A model generated the notes under the pieces. That model was not told where the DNA came from. It saw nothing but the letters and a program-made list of their open reading frames with translations, and ran no database searches. Both the position numbers and the translations under genes were made by a program. DNA of 64,000 nt from Octopus sinensis (lineage: Eukaryota). The stretch covers positions 12,400,001 to 12,464,000 of the forward strand of contig NC_043015.1 of the NCBI RefSeq assembly GCF_006345805.1, written 5' to 3'. Positions 1-10,377 of this stretch are shown in pieces (within the stretch, counting starts at the first letter, position 1; every line of letters starts with the position of its first letter).

Positions 1-482
1 CCAATCAAAACAGAGTCACCTTCGTCCTTTCTTCCTTTCTAGTCAGTACCGTGCTATCTTTACTCTTTCCCTCTCTACTGGCAGATAGTAATTTCCTCTA
101 GGTTAATGATTGTTTCTTTTTGTCACTGAGCATTGAGATGGCTGTGGGGTGTGCTAAAAATAACAGCTAAATAAGATGTTTTGATAAATCTTTTAAATTA
201 AAGTTTATTTGCCAACATCTTGATCAGAGATTTAAAACTAACTGCTTTTCTCTTTTAAATTAACATAAACATTTATTTACAAGAAAAAGAATCACCCGAG
301 AACTTTTATCTAATTCTAAATTTTTCTGTTAAAAATTGTAATGTGTTTATCGCATGTAACGTGTTGTTTATCGCATTTGCATTAAACACTGGTGGTTGTA
401 AGGTGTGCTAAAAATTATAGCTTAATAGGATTTATTTACATGAAATAAAATTACCGGAGACATAACACATTGTTTACAAATA

Positions 483-617
483 TACTTTTCTACTCAAGGC
501 ACAAGGCCCGAAATTTGGAGGGAGGTGACCAGTCGATTAAATCGACTCAAGTATGCAACTGGTACTTAAATTTATCGATTCCGAAACGATGAAAGGCAAA
601 GTCGACCTCGGCGGCGT
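483..617 (-). mobile_element. Partial tRNA-derived SINE (family C)
   Basis: Shares ACTGGTACTT...ATCGA...GATGAAAGGCAAAGTCGACCTCGGCGG with the copies at 3451-3865, 24644-24872 and 30708-30938. Ends approximate. Confidence 0.75.
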
Positions 618-1991
618 TCTATTTACAGAATATTGACATCAGTGTATTTATTAAACCTTCAAGCAGTTCCTGCACTTTCATATTCGGCCAAAACATTATC
701 TTTGATTGCTATAGTAATTCAAACACACCACTAACAAGCCTATGTGTTCAGTATCGATGATATTGGCATTTGAATGGGAGCACAATACAAGATTCGCATG
801 GTAATCGGAGGTCGCCATTTTGAATGCCAACATTTTTTAACTTGACAAGGTGAAGATGAACCCTGATTGGCTGCATACAAATAACTACTTTACTGGGGTC
901 CGGAACTCTCGTGGGAAAAAAATTCGCCGTGGAGCAATTTTTACAATAAAATGTCTTATATACATTTTTGTTTATTCCATGTCAGACCATGCTTTCATCG
1001 ACAGATAGGCCTCTTGATCGGAACAAATTTGTGCAACTTTTCGCAAAAAATTCCTTTTAAAATTATTTACATATCTGTTCGACCGTTTCATATAAATTTA
1101 TTCAATAAGACTCATTAAAACTTCAGCAGTTCTTGCATCTTTGGTCGTCGTAATGCTTTGCTTTCGTTTGTTTAATAAAAAATTCCTCCTCGTAATAAAT
1201 TGTGAAAAGTACTGAAGCAAATACCAGCATCCAAATCCTGTTTTCTGATTAGGAAAAATTGATTAAATATTAAACCTCTATAACATTTTTCAGTAATTTT
1301 TCTGAAACAAATAAATAGCAAAATTGAATTTAACGTGGAAAATTATTTCAATATATCAAATTTGAAAATGTTGACGTAATTTTAAAATGTCATATGTGAC
1401 AGTAACAGGGAAGCCCCTACAGAAGTAGAGAGACGGACAGTTATAGGACGTCACACACACAAACACACACAGACGCACACACACATACACACACACATAC
1501 ACACAAATTTACAAACGTACACACAGGTAATCACGTGTTTAAAAATGGTGTACAGTAGACGTGTGTGTGTGTGCGTGCGTGCGAGCGAGTGTTTCTTTGC
1601 TATGGACAGCAGAAATGCCACCTGTGAACAATTGTTGTCAACTCACCCCTTCATTCCTTAAAGCTACGTATTTCTCACACCCTCCTTTCTTTCCCTTCCT
1701 CTGCACTTTAAAAGTTACTTATGTGTATGTGTGTGTATGCGTATATCGATGTATTTACGAAAGTATGTATGCAGCGTTGCGAGGATATCCCTGCATAACA
1801 GCTGTATCAACGTTTTCATCCTACTGCCACTCCATATTTGACGCTTACACAACTCTGTTCTCCTCTACCCTGATATCAAACATTCTTCCTTTGCCACCTG
1901 ATTTTCCTCACACTAACACTCTTGCACCCTTCTCATTTTATCAAATAATAGCTCGTCCTACCATTTCAATTTCCTAAGTTACTTGTATTAC

Positions 1992-2450
1992 AACCCGATT
2001 TCATTCGGGTCAACTCGGGCCAGATTTTAAAGATGAGAAATTTTGCCCTACAAGCCACGCCTTTCAAGTGAGCAAACTCAAAGTTGCCATGCAAACTTCC
2101 CAGCACTTTTAACATAGGTGTGCAAATTTTCAGGTCAATGCGACCACGTTTACTAACACTTTTGCCTGTACAATTGCTTATGAGACAACTTCTGCCCTTT
2201 TCATAAATATATAACAGACTTACAGAGATATCCGGCCTTGCTCGGGATTAAAATGACATAGTTATTTTATTGTTTAATTGTTTCGGTATTGTAACCCGAT
2301 TTCATTCGGGTCTACGAGGGCCACATTTTAAAAGATGGGGAATTTTGCCCTAGAGGCCACACCTTTCACTTGAGCAAACTCAAAGTTGCCATGGAAACTC
2401 GCCAGCAAAATAGATGTGCAAATTTTCAGCTCAACCCGACCACAAATTCA
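1992..2450. mobile_element. Two direct copies (~1992-2150, ~2292-2450) of a Helentron/DINE-like fragment
   Basis: Both begin with the hairpin ACCCGATTTCATTCGGGT and share GAGCAAACTCAAAGTTGCCATG and GTGCAAATTTTCAG. The duplication is seen directly; the class assignment is inference. Confidence 0.45.
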
Positions 2451-3450
2451 CACATTATATATATACATACCTACATATATATGTATATATGCATGCATAT
2501 ATGGGTACAGGACATCAAAAAAACTAACACTATTGCACCCTTCTCAAATAATAGCCCGTCCTTCCATTTCAATTTTCTAAGTTATAAGATTCTGTTTGTT
2601 CGTTCGTTCTTGAGACGGGGATGTGGAGTAAAACTGAGAGAGAGAAAGACAGGGTGAGTGTGAGAGAGACGGGTGAGAATGGGTGAGCAACCGATACATT
2701 ACACTGTTACATTCTTAGTGGAAGTGAGAGGTGCAGAGAAAAAGAGGAGGGAAATGTTAACGCGGAGTGGGAAATTTCATGGTTAAAAAGTTTGTGGAAG
2801 CCTACCACTTCCACAAACTTTGAGGAAAAAAGAGACAGGCAGACAGAGACAGAGAACTATAAAGTGTTTGATAGAAGAAAATTTGAAAATCTTATAAGGT
2901 ACCATGTGGTCGCAGAATGTGTGAGAAGTAACAACTCCATCTTAATCACTTTTTTGTCTGAAAATTATTTAAAACAAATTTTCCTGGGTTTTTTTTTACC
3001 GAAAAAGCTTCTCCTATCCTTTTTTAAGTGCGTAGTTCCAAATAAATTGACCAGAATTGATCAGGGGAGGAGGGGGTGAAGAAATCATGAGTTTTCCAAA
3101 GTCTCTTTCATAAAATACTTCCTCCCATCATTTCCAAGTGCATGGTGAGAAAAAATGAAAAACCCCATCAAAACAGAGAAAATACAACTTATGTGACCAT
3201 CCTATTCCGAAACTCCACCGAAGTAATACTTTATCGCACAATCTATCATTGTTTCTCATAGCCTCTCCCACTAACAGCATTCAACCACACAAGCATTGTC
3301 CTATTCTATACTCTAACCATATGATACACCAACGCACTAAACATGAAAATGTGTGAGGGCTGGGCAGAACTTAAAACAATGAAATTTTTGAGAGCCTTTT
3401 TTCACAGAATCCTGACCTTAAACGTTGAAAACATATATATCATGTATATA

Positions 3451-3865
3451 TATTTCTTTACTGCCCAGAAGGGGCTAAACATAGAGGGGACAAACAAGGA
3501 CAGACGAAGGGATTGAGTCGATTATATCGACCCCAGTTCGAAACTGGTACTTTATTTATCGACCCCGAAAGGATGAAAGGCAAAGTTGACCTAGGCGGAA
3601 TTTGAACTCAGAACGTAACGACAGACGAAAATACCTATTTCTTTATTACCCACAAGGGGCTAAACACAGAGGGGACAAACAAGGACAGACATAGGTATTA
3701 AGTCGATTACATCGACCCCAGTGCGTAACTGGTACTTGATTTATCGACCCCGAAAGGATGAAAGGCAAAGTCGACCTCGGCGGAATTTGAACTCACAACG
3801 TAACGCAGACGAAATACCGCTAAGCATTTCGCCCGGCGCGCTAACGTGTCTGCTAGCTCGCCGCC
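3451..3865 (-). mobile_element. Tandem pair of family C tRNA-derived SINEs
   Basis: Two adjacent copies, each starting TATTTCTTTA(C/T)T.CCC on +. The - strand reads a B-box-like GTTCTGAGTTCAAATTCC followed by GCCTTTCATCCTTTCGGGGTCGATAAA. Confidence 0.85.
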
Positions 3866-4441
3866 TTATATCTGTAGAAATTGTCGAGGAATATCAATAG
3901 CAATAGTTATTTTTGCGCGCTTCGATCCAAAATCAGCCTGTTTACAAACATTTGTGATTAGCATTCTGCGACCTTGCTTCTGATAATTCCGCACCGAAAT
4001 AAACTCTGACGAGCTTCCTGGTATTTTAAGCTTTAACCAAACAATAACAATCCATTTTAATCTATTCAAACAGATGAATGCAGTCGTGAGCAACCGTCCA
4101 CAGGACACTCTTGATGGTACGCCAAGCGAAAAATTACCTTCAATGTTTTCAGTTGTGCAGTCCGTTTGATAACGAGCCACGTCTCGTGCGGCTCTCTTCT
4201 CGAAAAAGGTTGCTCATGCCATAAATATTTTACTTGCAATAAGTCAGTGAAAGTATCATAATTTACAAAATTAAACAATGGCGTGGGAGTGGCTGTGTGG
4301 TAAGTAGCTTGCTTACCAACCACATGGTTCTGGAATCAGTACTACTGCGTGGCACCTTGGGCAAGTGTCTTCTGCTATAGCCTTGGGCCGACCAAAGCTT
4401 TGTGAGTGGATTTGGTAGATGGAAACTGAAAGAAGTTCGTC

Positions 4442-4501
<60 letters not shown>

Positions 4502-6518
4502 GTGTGTATGTTTGTGTGTCTGTGTTTGTCCTCCCCTCCAACATCACTTGACAACCGATGCTGGTGTGTTTACGTCCCCGTAACTTAGCGGTTCGGCAAA
4601 AGGAGACCGATAGAATAAGTACTAGGCTTACAAAGAATAAGTCCTGGGATCGATATGCTCGACTAAAGCCGGTGCTCCAGCATGGCCACAGGAAATAAAT
4701 AGAAGGATGTACCCACACATCAGGGAAATGTATATTGACCCAAAATTTTGGATCTTTTCGGTTTGAACGGCAGTTTTTTCTAGCGGTATCATATGAAATT
4801 GTCACCCATAATTATGACCCTTGTATCGATCTATTGCATTTGTAACGAACTTGATGGGTGAGTCCTCGTGCACTTTTGGGGTGCACAAAGCAATCATTAG
4901 CCGTTGCTTTAATAATCCAGAATTCCACCAGTCAGAAACAACAAGACGCAGACGTAAATAATATATATACTACTTTATTCTCTTTCTTGGTAACAGTAAC
5001 AATAAGTGGTTATCTGATGTCCTTGGTTCTGGGCGCGCAAGGCTGAAAGTTAATCGATTGTAATATTTACAATGTTCAGCCGCTAAAAACAGAACGGGTT
5101 AAAGATGGCGTCCGGAACAGGGAAGATGAATGTGGTCGGCAACAATTTGGTGAAAACCTTCGGCCGACTGCTATCAGAGCTGGACAGCGAGAAAAATATA
5201 CGTCCGTCGCCTTCGGTCGCTGCCGTCCCAAGTCCCCGCTGACTGCTGCCAGTGGTCAAACGTTCTACGACCCCCTTGCCTCGCTAACTGCCACGTAGAC
5301 AAAAGGGTTCTTCCGGTGGTTCGCGCATGCGCGAGAGGGCCCTTCCCCGCACGCGCGAAACAGAAATGGACGGTGCGCGCGCGCGCACCGTTATAGGGTC
5401 ACTACACATTTAAATCTGTTTTAGGGTTAGGGGTTGGGGGAAGGGTATCTTTTTTCTTCACAAATGTAAATAAACCCAATCTGTTCCTTAAACGAGGGAC
5501 ATATTCATACGGCACAGAATGTTTTTTTTACCTCAATAGACGTCAGTGATTGGTTGAAATTGCAGAAATTGAAGAAAAAAACAACAAATATCTTACAAAC
5601 TATAGAATTTTCTCAAGAAATCCAAGAGAAAAAGATGTTTTATAAACACATTCTACCAGTATACAAAGTTTAAAATTTTTTAGTTACCTAGAAATTATGT
5701 TAAAAACTGCCGTTCAAACCGAAAAGATCCCGTTTGTTTTTGAGCTGTCTTAAAAAAAATTTGGGATCTTTTCTTTTTGAAGGCCAGATTTTCTGAGTTA
5801 ACTAAAAAATTTGAAACTTCGTATACTGGTAGAATGTGTCAAAAGAAAACATTATTGTAAACAAAATTGAAAACAAAATTGTTATTCGTAACTTAAACGT
5901 AGTTTAATTTTTGCGAATTTTAACCAATGAAATCCCAACATCTTCGAATTTTAACCAATGAAATCCCAGCATTGCTGCGTTATCGATATTGATAAAGAAA
6001 TATAGCAGACGCACCACACACACACACACACACACATTTGCACAAGCACATAGTAATTAATATATAAGCGTACACACACATACAAACGGACATATACACA
6101 CACATACACACACACACACACACATAGTAATTAATATATAAGCGTACACACACATACAAACGGACATATACACACACACATACACACACACACACATAGT
6201 AATTAATATATAAGCGTACACACACATACAAACGGACATATACATATACGCACACAAGCAAAAATACACGTTCGTGTTTTGCCACTTGCCGCAACAAATT
6301 TGCACAAAAGGTAAATAAACCAGAAGTGGGGGGTCAATGTTTCATCGTTTCGGGGTCGATAAATTAAGTACCAATTACGCACTGGTGTCGAGGATTTTTT
6401 TCCCAATTTATATCACAGCTTCCGACAAGCTGGGGGCATCCTTTTATGAAAAAATATTTCGCAAATTTTTACGATAGTACTCACACTCCACGCGCAAACT
6501 CGAGACCGATTTAGGCAT
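3866..6518 (-). CDS. Candidate spliced gene of unknown product (exons 6518-6485, 4232-4138, possibly 4030-3866; 97 aa)
   Basis: AATAATATG start; donor GAGT|gtgagt; acceptor ttgcaag|; donor AAG|gtaatt; acceptor ggttaaag|. Phases are compatible (1, then 0), giving MPKSVSSLRVELKYLWHEQPFSRREPHETWLVIKRTAQLKTLK-LKIPGSSSEF...FLQI*. No recognisable homology. Confidence 0.27.
4280..4691 (+). mobile_element. Family A tRNA-derived SINE with internal (TG)n
   Basis: GGAGTGGCTGTGTGGTAAG head, GTGGCACCTTGGGCAAGTGTC core, (TG)n, GGTGCTCCAGCATGGCC tail. Further copies or fragments at ~14280-14625 (-), 16705-16900, 19560-19980 (-), 23353-23748, 31555-31720, 32300-32512, 36517-36700, 54644-55088, 57764-58154. 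Confidence 0.9.
4750..5730. mobile_element. Foldback/MITE element with 28-bp TIRs, interrupted by a solo LTR
   Basis: GGATCTTTTCGGTTTGAACGGCAGTTTT at 4750 and its exact reverse complement ending at 5730. The interior matches 8219-8879 in reverse orientation. Confidence 0.8.
4841..5406 (-). mobile_element. Solo LTR (566 bp) with 4-bp TSD CATT, probably Ty3/gypsy type
   Basis: TG...CA termini (TGTAACG...ACTACA); CATT on both sides (4837-4840 and 5407-5410); AATAAA on the - strand near 4975; GC/CpG-rich relative to the flanks. Confidence 0.8.
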
Positions 6519-6894
6519 ATTATTGTTTTGTTTTTGTTGTTTCTGGCCCTTCAAAACCATGGGAGAAGCCTTTTCGGTAAAAAAAAAATAAAGAAAATAT
6601 TCAAAAAATATCGTTAATATTTTTATTGGGCGACGAAATTAATCGATTTAAGAGATATAGCTGTTATTTCTAGCACATGTAGAAGACAGAAGAAGAGGTA
6701 AATAATTTGAGCTCGAATGCTGCGATTTCATTGGTTAAAATTCTTAAAATTAAACTACGTTTAAGTTACGAATTACAATTTTGTTTTCAATTTTGTTTAC
6801 AATAATGTTTTCTTTTGACACATTCTACCAGTATACGAAGTTTCAAATAGTTTAGTTAACTAGGAAAATCTGGCCTTCAAAAAGAAAAGATCCC
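5762..6894. mobile_element. Inverted-repeat pair (~185-bp arms, GGGATCTTTTC termini)
   Basis: 5762-5945 is the reverse complement of ~6712-6894 (GGGATCTTTTCTTTTTGAAGGCCAGATTTTC... / ...GAAAATCTGGCCTTCAAAAAGAAAAGATCCC). Confidence 0.75.
6047..6260 (+). repeat. Three tandem ~74-bp units joined by (CA)n
   Basis: CACATAGTAATTAATATATAAGCGTACACACACATACAAACGGACATATAC occurs three times. Confidence 0.9.
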
Positions 6895-7574
6895 GGTGCT
6901 CCAGCATGGCCGCAGTCGAATGACTGAAACAAGTAAAAGAGTAAAAGAGTATACTTCCAAAATGGGACTTCATCTATGTGTACCGCGTGCGTATATGTAC
7001 GTGTGTGTGGTGGGATGGCGATGCACAAGAAAACATTTACGGAAATGAACTTGCGCAATATTACACCTCTGAATTTCTTTTTTATTTCTGATAATGAATC
7101 AAAGAGTTTAATCGTTACCGCCAAAATCACTTTCCTTTGCACTTCCTCTCTTTTTCAATAATCAATTAAAAGAGAGAATATGTTGTTACCAACAACGTTA
7201 AAACTTAAGTAACTTGATCGATCTGTCATTGAACCGGGATTTTAATTTCATTTGATACACACTTTGCTATCATTTATATGGAGAATTGCAATCGTGGCAT
7301 ATAAAGACAGCTTATTTTAATAGAAATTTTATGAATACATTAAAAATTTTGAAAACGTGTTTTTTTTTTGCATATTCGGAATCGTTGTCATCGAAAACTT
7401 ATTAATCAGGAGATTTGGATGTTATTTCTAGTATGTAGAGAGACCTTCTAGGCTTAACTTCATGCGTTGGTTGAAAATCATCTAAAGAATTTCTGAGGTC
7501 GATACAATCGACTAAAAATTCCTCGAGATGGTGCTCCAGCATGACCGCAGTCTGATGACTGCATCAAGTAAAAT

Positions 7575-7891
7575 TTTTTTATTTATTTATGTGCCCTTTT
7601 CAAGCCTAGCCAGGCTCATGGGCCCGGTTTCCCGGTTTCTGTGGCGTATGTGTTCCCCCCAGCAGGACAGGACGCCAGTCCATCGCAGCGATACCCAAGA
7701 AACAGGAAGAAAGAGTGAGAGAAAGTTGTGGCGAAAGAGTACAACGGGGGTCACCACCACCCCCTGCCGGAGCCTCGTGGGGCTTTAGGTGTTTTCGCTC
7801 AATAAACACACACAACGCCCGGTCTGGGAATCGAAACCGCGATCCTCCGACCGCGAGTCCGCTGCCATAACCACTGGGCCTTTGCGCCTCC
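7575..7891 (-). mobile_element. Family D tRNA-derived SINE
   Basis: The - strand head GGAGGCGCAAAGGCCCAGTGGTTATGGCAGCGGACTCGCGG...GGTTTCGATTCCC has A and B boxes. Homologous copy at ~50480-50767; head fragment at ~19478-19545 (+). Confidence 0.85.
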
Positions 7892-8218
7892 ATCAAGTAA
7901 AAAGAAAAAGAAAAATTAATTATATCACAGACGTGGTTTTGATCAAGCTTGGGTTCCATTTAGCCATCTAAAAATTCTTCAAGATGGTCCACCAGCATGG
8001 CCGGCCGCAGTCTAATGACTGCAATAAGTAACAAAAAAATTCTGGGGTCGATACATTCAACTAAAGATTCTAAAAACGAAAAAATAACCAAAAAATGTAA
8101 CCGTGGGGCTTTTGCCCGGATCCCATATATACATGTGTTTGTGTATATATATTATGTATACATATGTATGTGTATCTATAAACATATAGAAAAAAACACA
8201 CACACACACTAATTAGAG

Positions 8219-8965
8219 ACGCTTTAACCGGCAGATTTTTAAAATAATTTCCATGTAACTAAACACTTTTAAACTTCATATACTGGTAGAATGTGTTTAT
8301 AAAACATCTTTTTCTCTTGGCTTTCTTGAGAAAATTCTGTAGTTTGTAAGATATTTGATAGATATTTTCTTCAATTTCGGCAATTTCAACCAATCGATGA
8401 CGTCTATTGAGGTGAAAATATTCTCTGCCGTAAACATTTTCTGGCGGTGTCATATGAAAATGTCCCTCGTTTAAGAAACAGATTGGGTTTATTTACATTT
8501 CTGAAGAAAAAAAAAGATACCCTTCCCCCCACCTCTAACCCTAACCCTAACTAACCCTAACCCTAAAACAGATTAAAATGCAATAGATCGATACTAGGGT
8601 CATAATTATGAGTGACATTTTCATATGTTACCGCCAGAAAATGTTGTTTACACTCTACGGCAGAAATCGTTTTCACCTCAATAGACGTCATTGATTGGTT
8701 GAAATTGCCGAAATTGAAAAAAAATATCTTACAAATAGTTTACAAACTACAGAATTTTCTCAAGAAAGCCAAGCGAAAAAGATGTTTTATAAACTCATTC
8801 TACCAGTATACGAAGTTTTAAATTTTTTAGTTACATGGAAATTATTTTTAAAATATGCCGATCAAAGCGAAAAGATCCTCGCTTTGACCGGCAGATTTTT
8901 AAAATAATTTCCATGTAACTAAAAAATTTTAAACTTCGTATACTGGTAGAATGAGTTTATAAAAC
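8219..8965. mobile_element. Foldback element with long inverted arms, a telomere-like (CCCTAA)n tract and an extra partial third arm
   Basis: Arm ~8219-8450 is inverted against ~8640-8879. CTAACCCTAACCCTAACTAACCCTAACCCTAA at ~8536-8566. 8880-8965 repeats the first arm and forms a tight hairpin with ~8786-8870. Confidence 0.8.
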
Positions 8966-9186
8966 GGAGGTTTTCCAGCGCGGCCACCTTTTCAAACTAT
9001 TGTGGTGAATTGTTTGGGTTTTTTTCTTTTTTTTTATTTCTCTCTTTTTACTTTTAATTTTTTTTTCACTTGCGTTCTCTGTTTTGTCTAATTTTCTAAT
9101 TTAATTTTGTAAAGCGGTAAACACTGTGAAAGTTAATAAGTTCGTGTAATGTTTGAGGTGAATGTTTATTAAGCGAAATTGCAGAC

Positions 9187-9211
9187 CCGGAAGTAGAATC
9201 AGGTCACGTCA
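9187..9211. promoter_or_regulatory. ETS-type CCGGAAGT (9187-9194) and TGACGTGA on the - strand (9204-9211), just upstream of the caspase-like ATG
   Basis: Exact motif matches in a short CpG-containing stretch. Function untested. Confidence 0.3.
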
Positions 9212-9225
9212 CTGCTATAATCGCA

Positions 9226-10074
9226 ATGACGGCCGATAACACTCTATATAAAAGTAAACTTATAACAAGTGGTCGTTCTTCAAGGGATGAAGATTTGTTG
9301 AAATATTTTGATAAATATGACATGACACATAAAAAGCCAGGTGTTGCCTACATCTTCAACAATGAAAATTTCAGAGACCCATCACTAAATACTCGTCATG
9401 GCTCATCAAAAGACGTACAAGATTTTAAAAGAGCATTATTAGGACTTGGATTCCATGAAACTGATATCCATGTTTATACAGATTTAACAGCGATCGAAAT
9501 GCTCGATACTTTGCAGATGTTTGACCAAGATAATCCTGACATTGATATTGATAGCTTTATTTGTGTGATTCTGAGTCATGGTAGTTCAGGCGATATTATC
9601 TATGGATACGACGATGTTATTGAACTAGACAAATTACTTTCTTGCCTGAGACCCGATCGTTGTCCATCTTTAAAAGGAATACCTAAATTAATCTTCGTTG
9701 AAGCCAGTAGAGGAAATAAGCTTGATTATGGAGTTGAAACCTCGGATGCTGCTTTCGAGGAACCGGATCAAAAGCCATCCCAAATTCCAATTATGGCTGA
9801 TATGTTGATCGCTTATTCGTCGTTTGCTGGATATCAATCTTTCAGGGATAAAAAGAGAGGTTCGTGGTTTATGCAAGGTCTAAGTAAAATTTTGATAGAA
9901 TATGGCACCAAATACGAAATCATGAAACTTTTAACTGCTGTGTCTAATTATGTTGCCGCTTTAGAACCCCCAAGTTTGCGTAATTCGGTATACGCTGGCT
10001 GTAAGCAAATGCCTTGTATTACATCATTGTTGACTAAACAACTACAGTTTGTACGAAAGAACAAATCAGATTGA
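9226..10074 (+). CDS. Single-exon effector caspase-3/7-like protein (peptidase C14 fold), predicted inactive (catalytic Cys->Ser)
   Basis: 282-aa intact ORF with YDMTHKKPGVAYIFNN, R57-HGS..D, ILSHG (His118), KPKL-like PKLIFVEASRG in place of FIQACRG, IP..ADMLIAYSS, SFR207...GSWFMQ, KQMPCITSLLTKQL. Short N-terminal extension, no CARD or DED. Confidence 0.92.
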   Translation: MTADNTLYKSKLITSGRSSRDEDLLKYFDKYDMTHKKPGVAYIFNNENFRDPSLNTRHGSSKDVQDFKRALLGLGFHETDIHVYTDLTAIEMLDTLQMFDQDNPDIDIDSFICVILSHGSSGDIIYGYDDVIELDKLLSCLRPDRCPSLKGIPKLIFVEASRGNKLDYGVETSDAAFEEPDQKPSQIPIMADMLIAYSSFAGYQSFRDKKRGSWFMQGLSKILIEYGTKYEIMKLLTAVSNYVAALEPPSLRNSVYAGCKQMPCITSLLTKQLQFVRKNKSD

Positions 10075-10377
10075 ATGTACATTTTTACTCTATTTTATAT
10101 ATATATATATGTTTATACGTTGCTCATTTAGTATTCATGATATCATTTCTCGACATAACTACAGATTTCTGGGTGGAACTGGACGACAGTCCCCGCCCAC
10201 ACACACCACACACACACACAACCAAACTTTTAGAATTTTTTTTTTTTTCTCAGCTGATTCCTAGGTTTTCGATGACGGATAGGAAAGACTTCCACCCGCT
10301 TCTCATTCTCTCCCCCTCAACTTTTTTTAAAGGGTGTTTTTTTTTTTGGTGGCGGGTGGGGGAGGCAAAGTCTTTCA

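Noticed and set aside
1100-1240. Possible - strand terminal exon IWMLVFASVLFTIYYEEEFFIKQ...C*
   Set aside because: TM-like peptide with an AG acceptor, but its phase (2) does not fit the candidate 6518-3866 exons and there is no homology support.
5980-6305. ORFs rich in VCVY/THTH/IYIY (here and at 10970-11498, 12607-13102, 35469-36041, 43461-43817 etc.)
   Set aside because: These are translations of (TG)n, (CA)n, (TA)n and low-complexity tracts.
7830-7891. tRNA genes suggested by A/B boxes (also ~19478, ~50700 and family A/C heads)
   Set aside because: No complete cloverleaf, and each runs straight into a SINE body found several times in the window.
8536-8566. (CCCTAA)n as a telomere or interstitial telomeric site
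   Set aside because: Only about 5 imperfect units, and a counterpart occurs at the same position in the sister element (~5420), so it is part of the foldback element.
9226-10074. Viral or horizontally acquired caspase
   Set aside because: No adjacent viral or Polinton genes, base composition matches the host, and the motifs are those of ordinary metazoan effector caspases. A phylogeny would be needed to revisit this.
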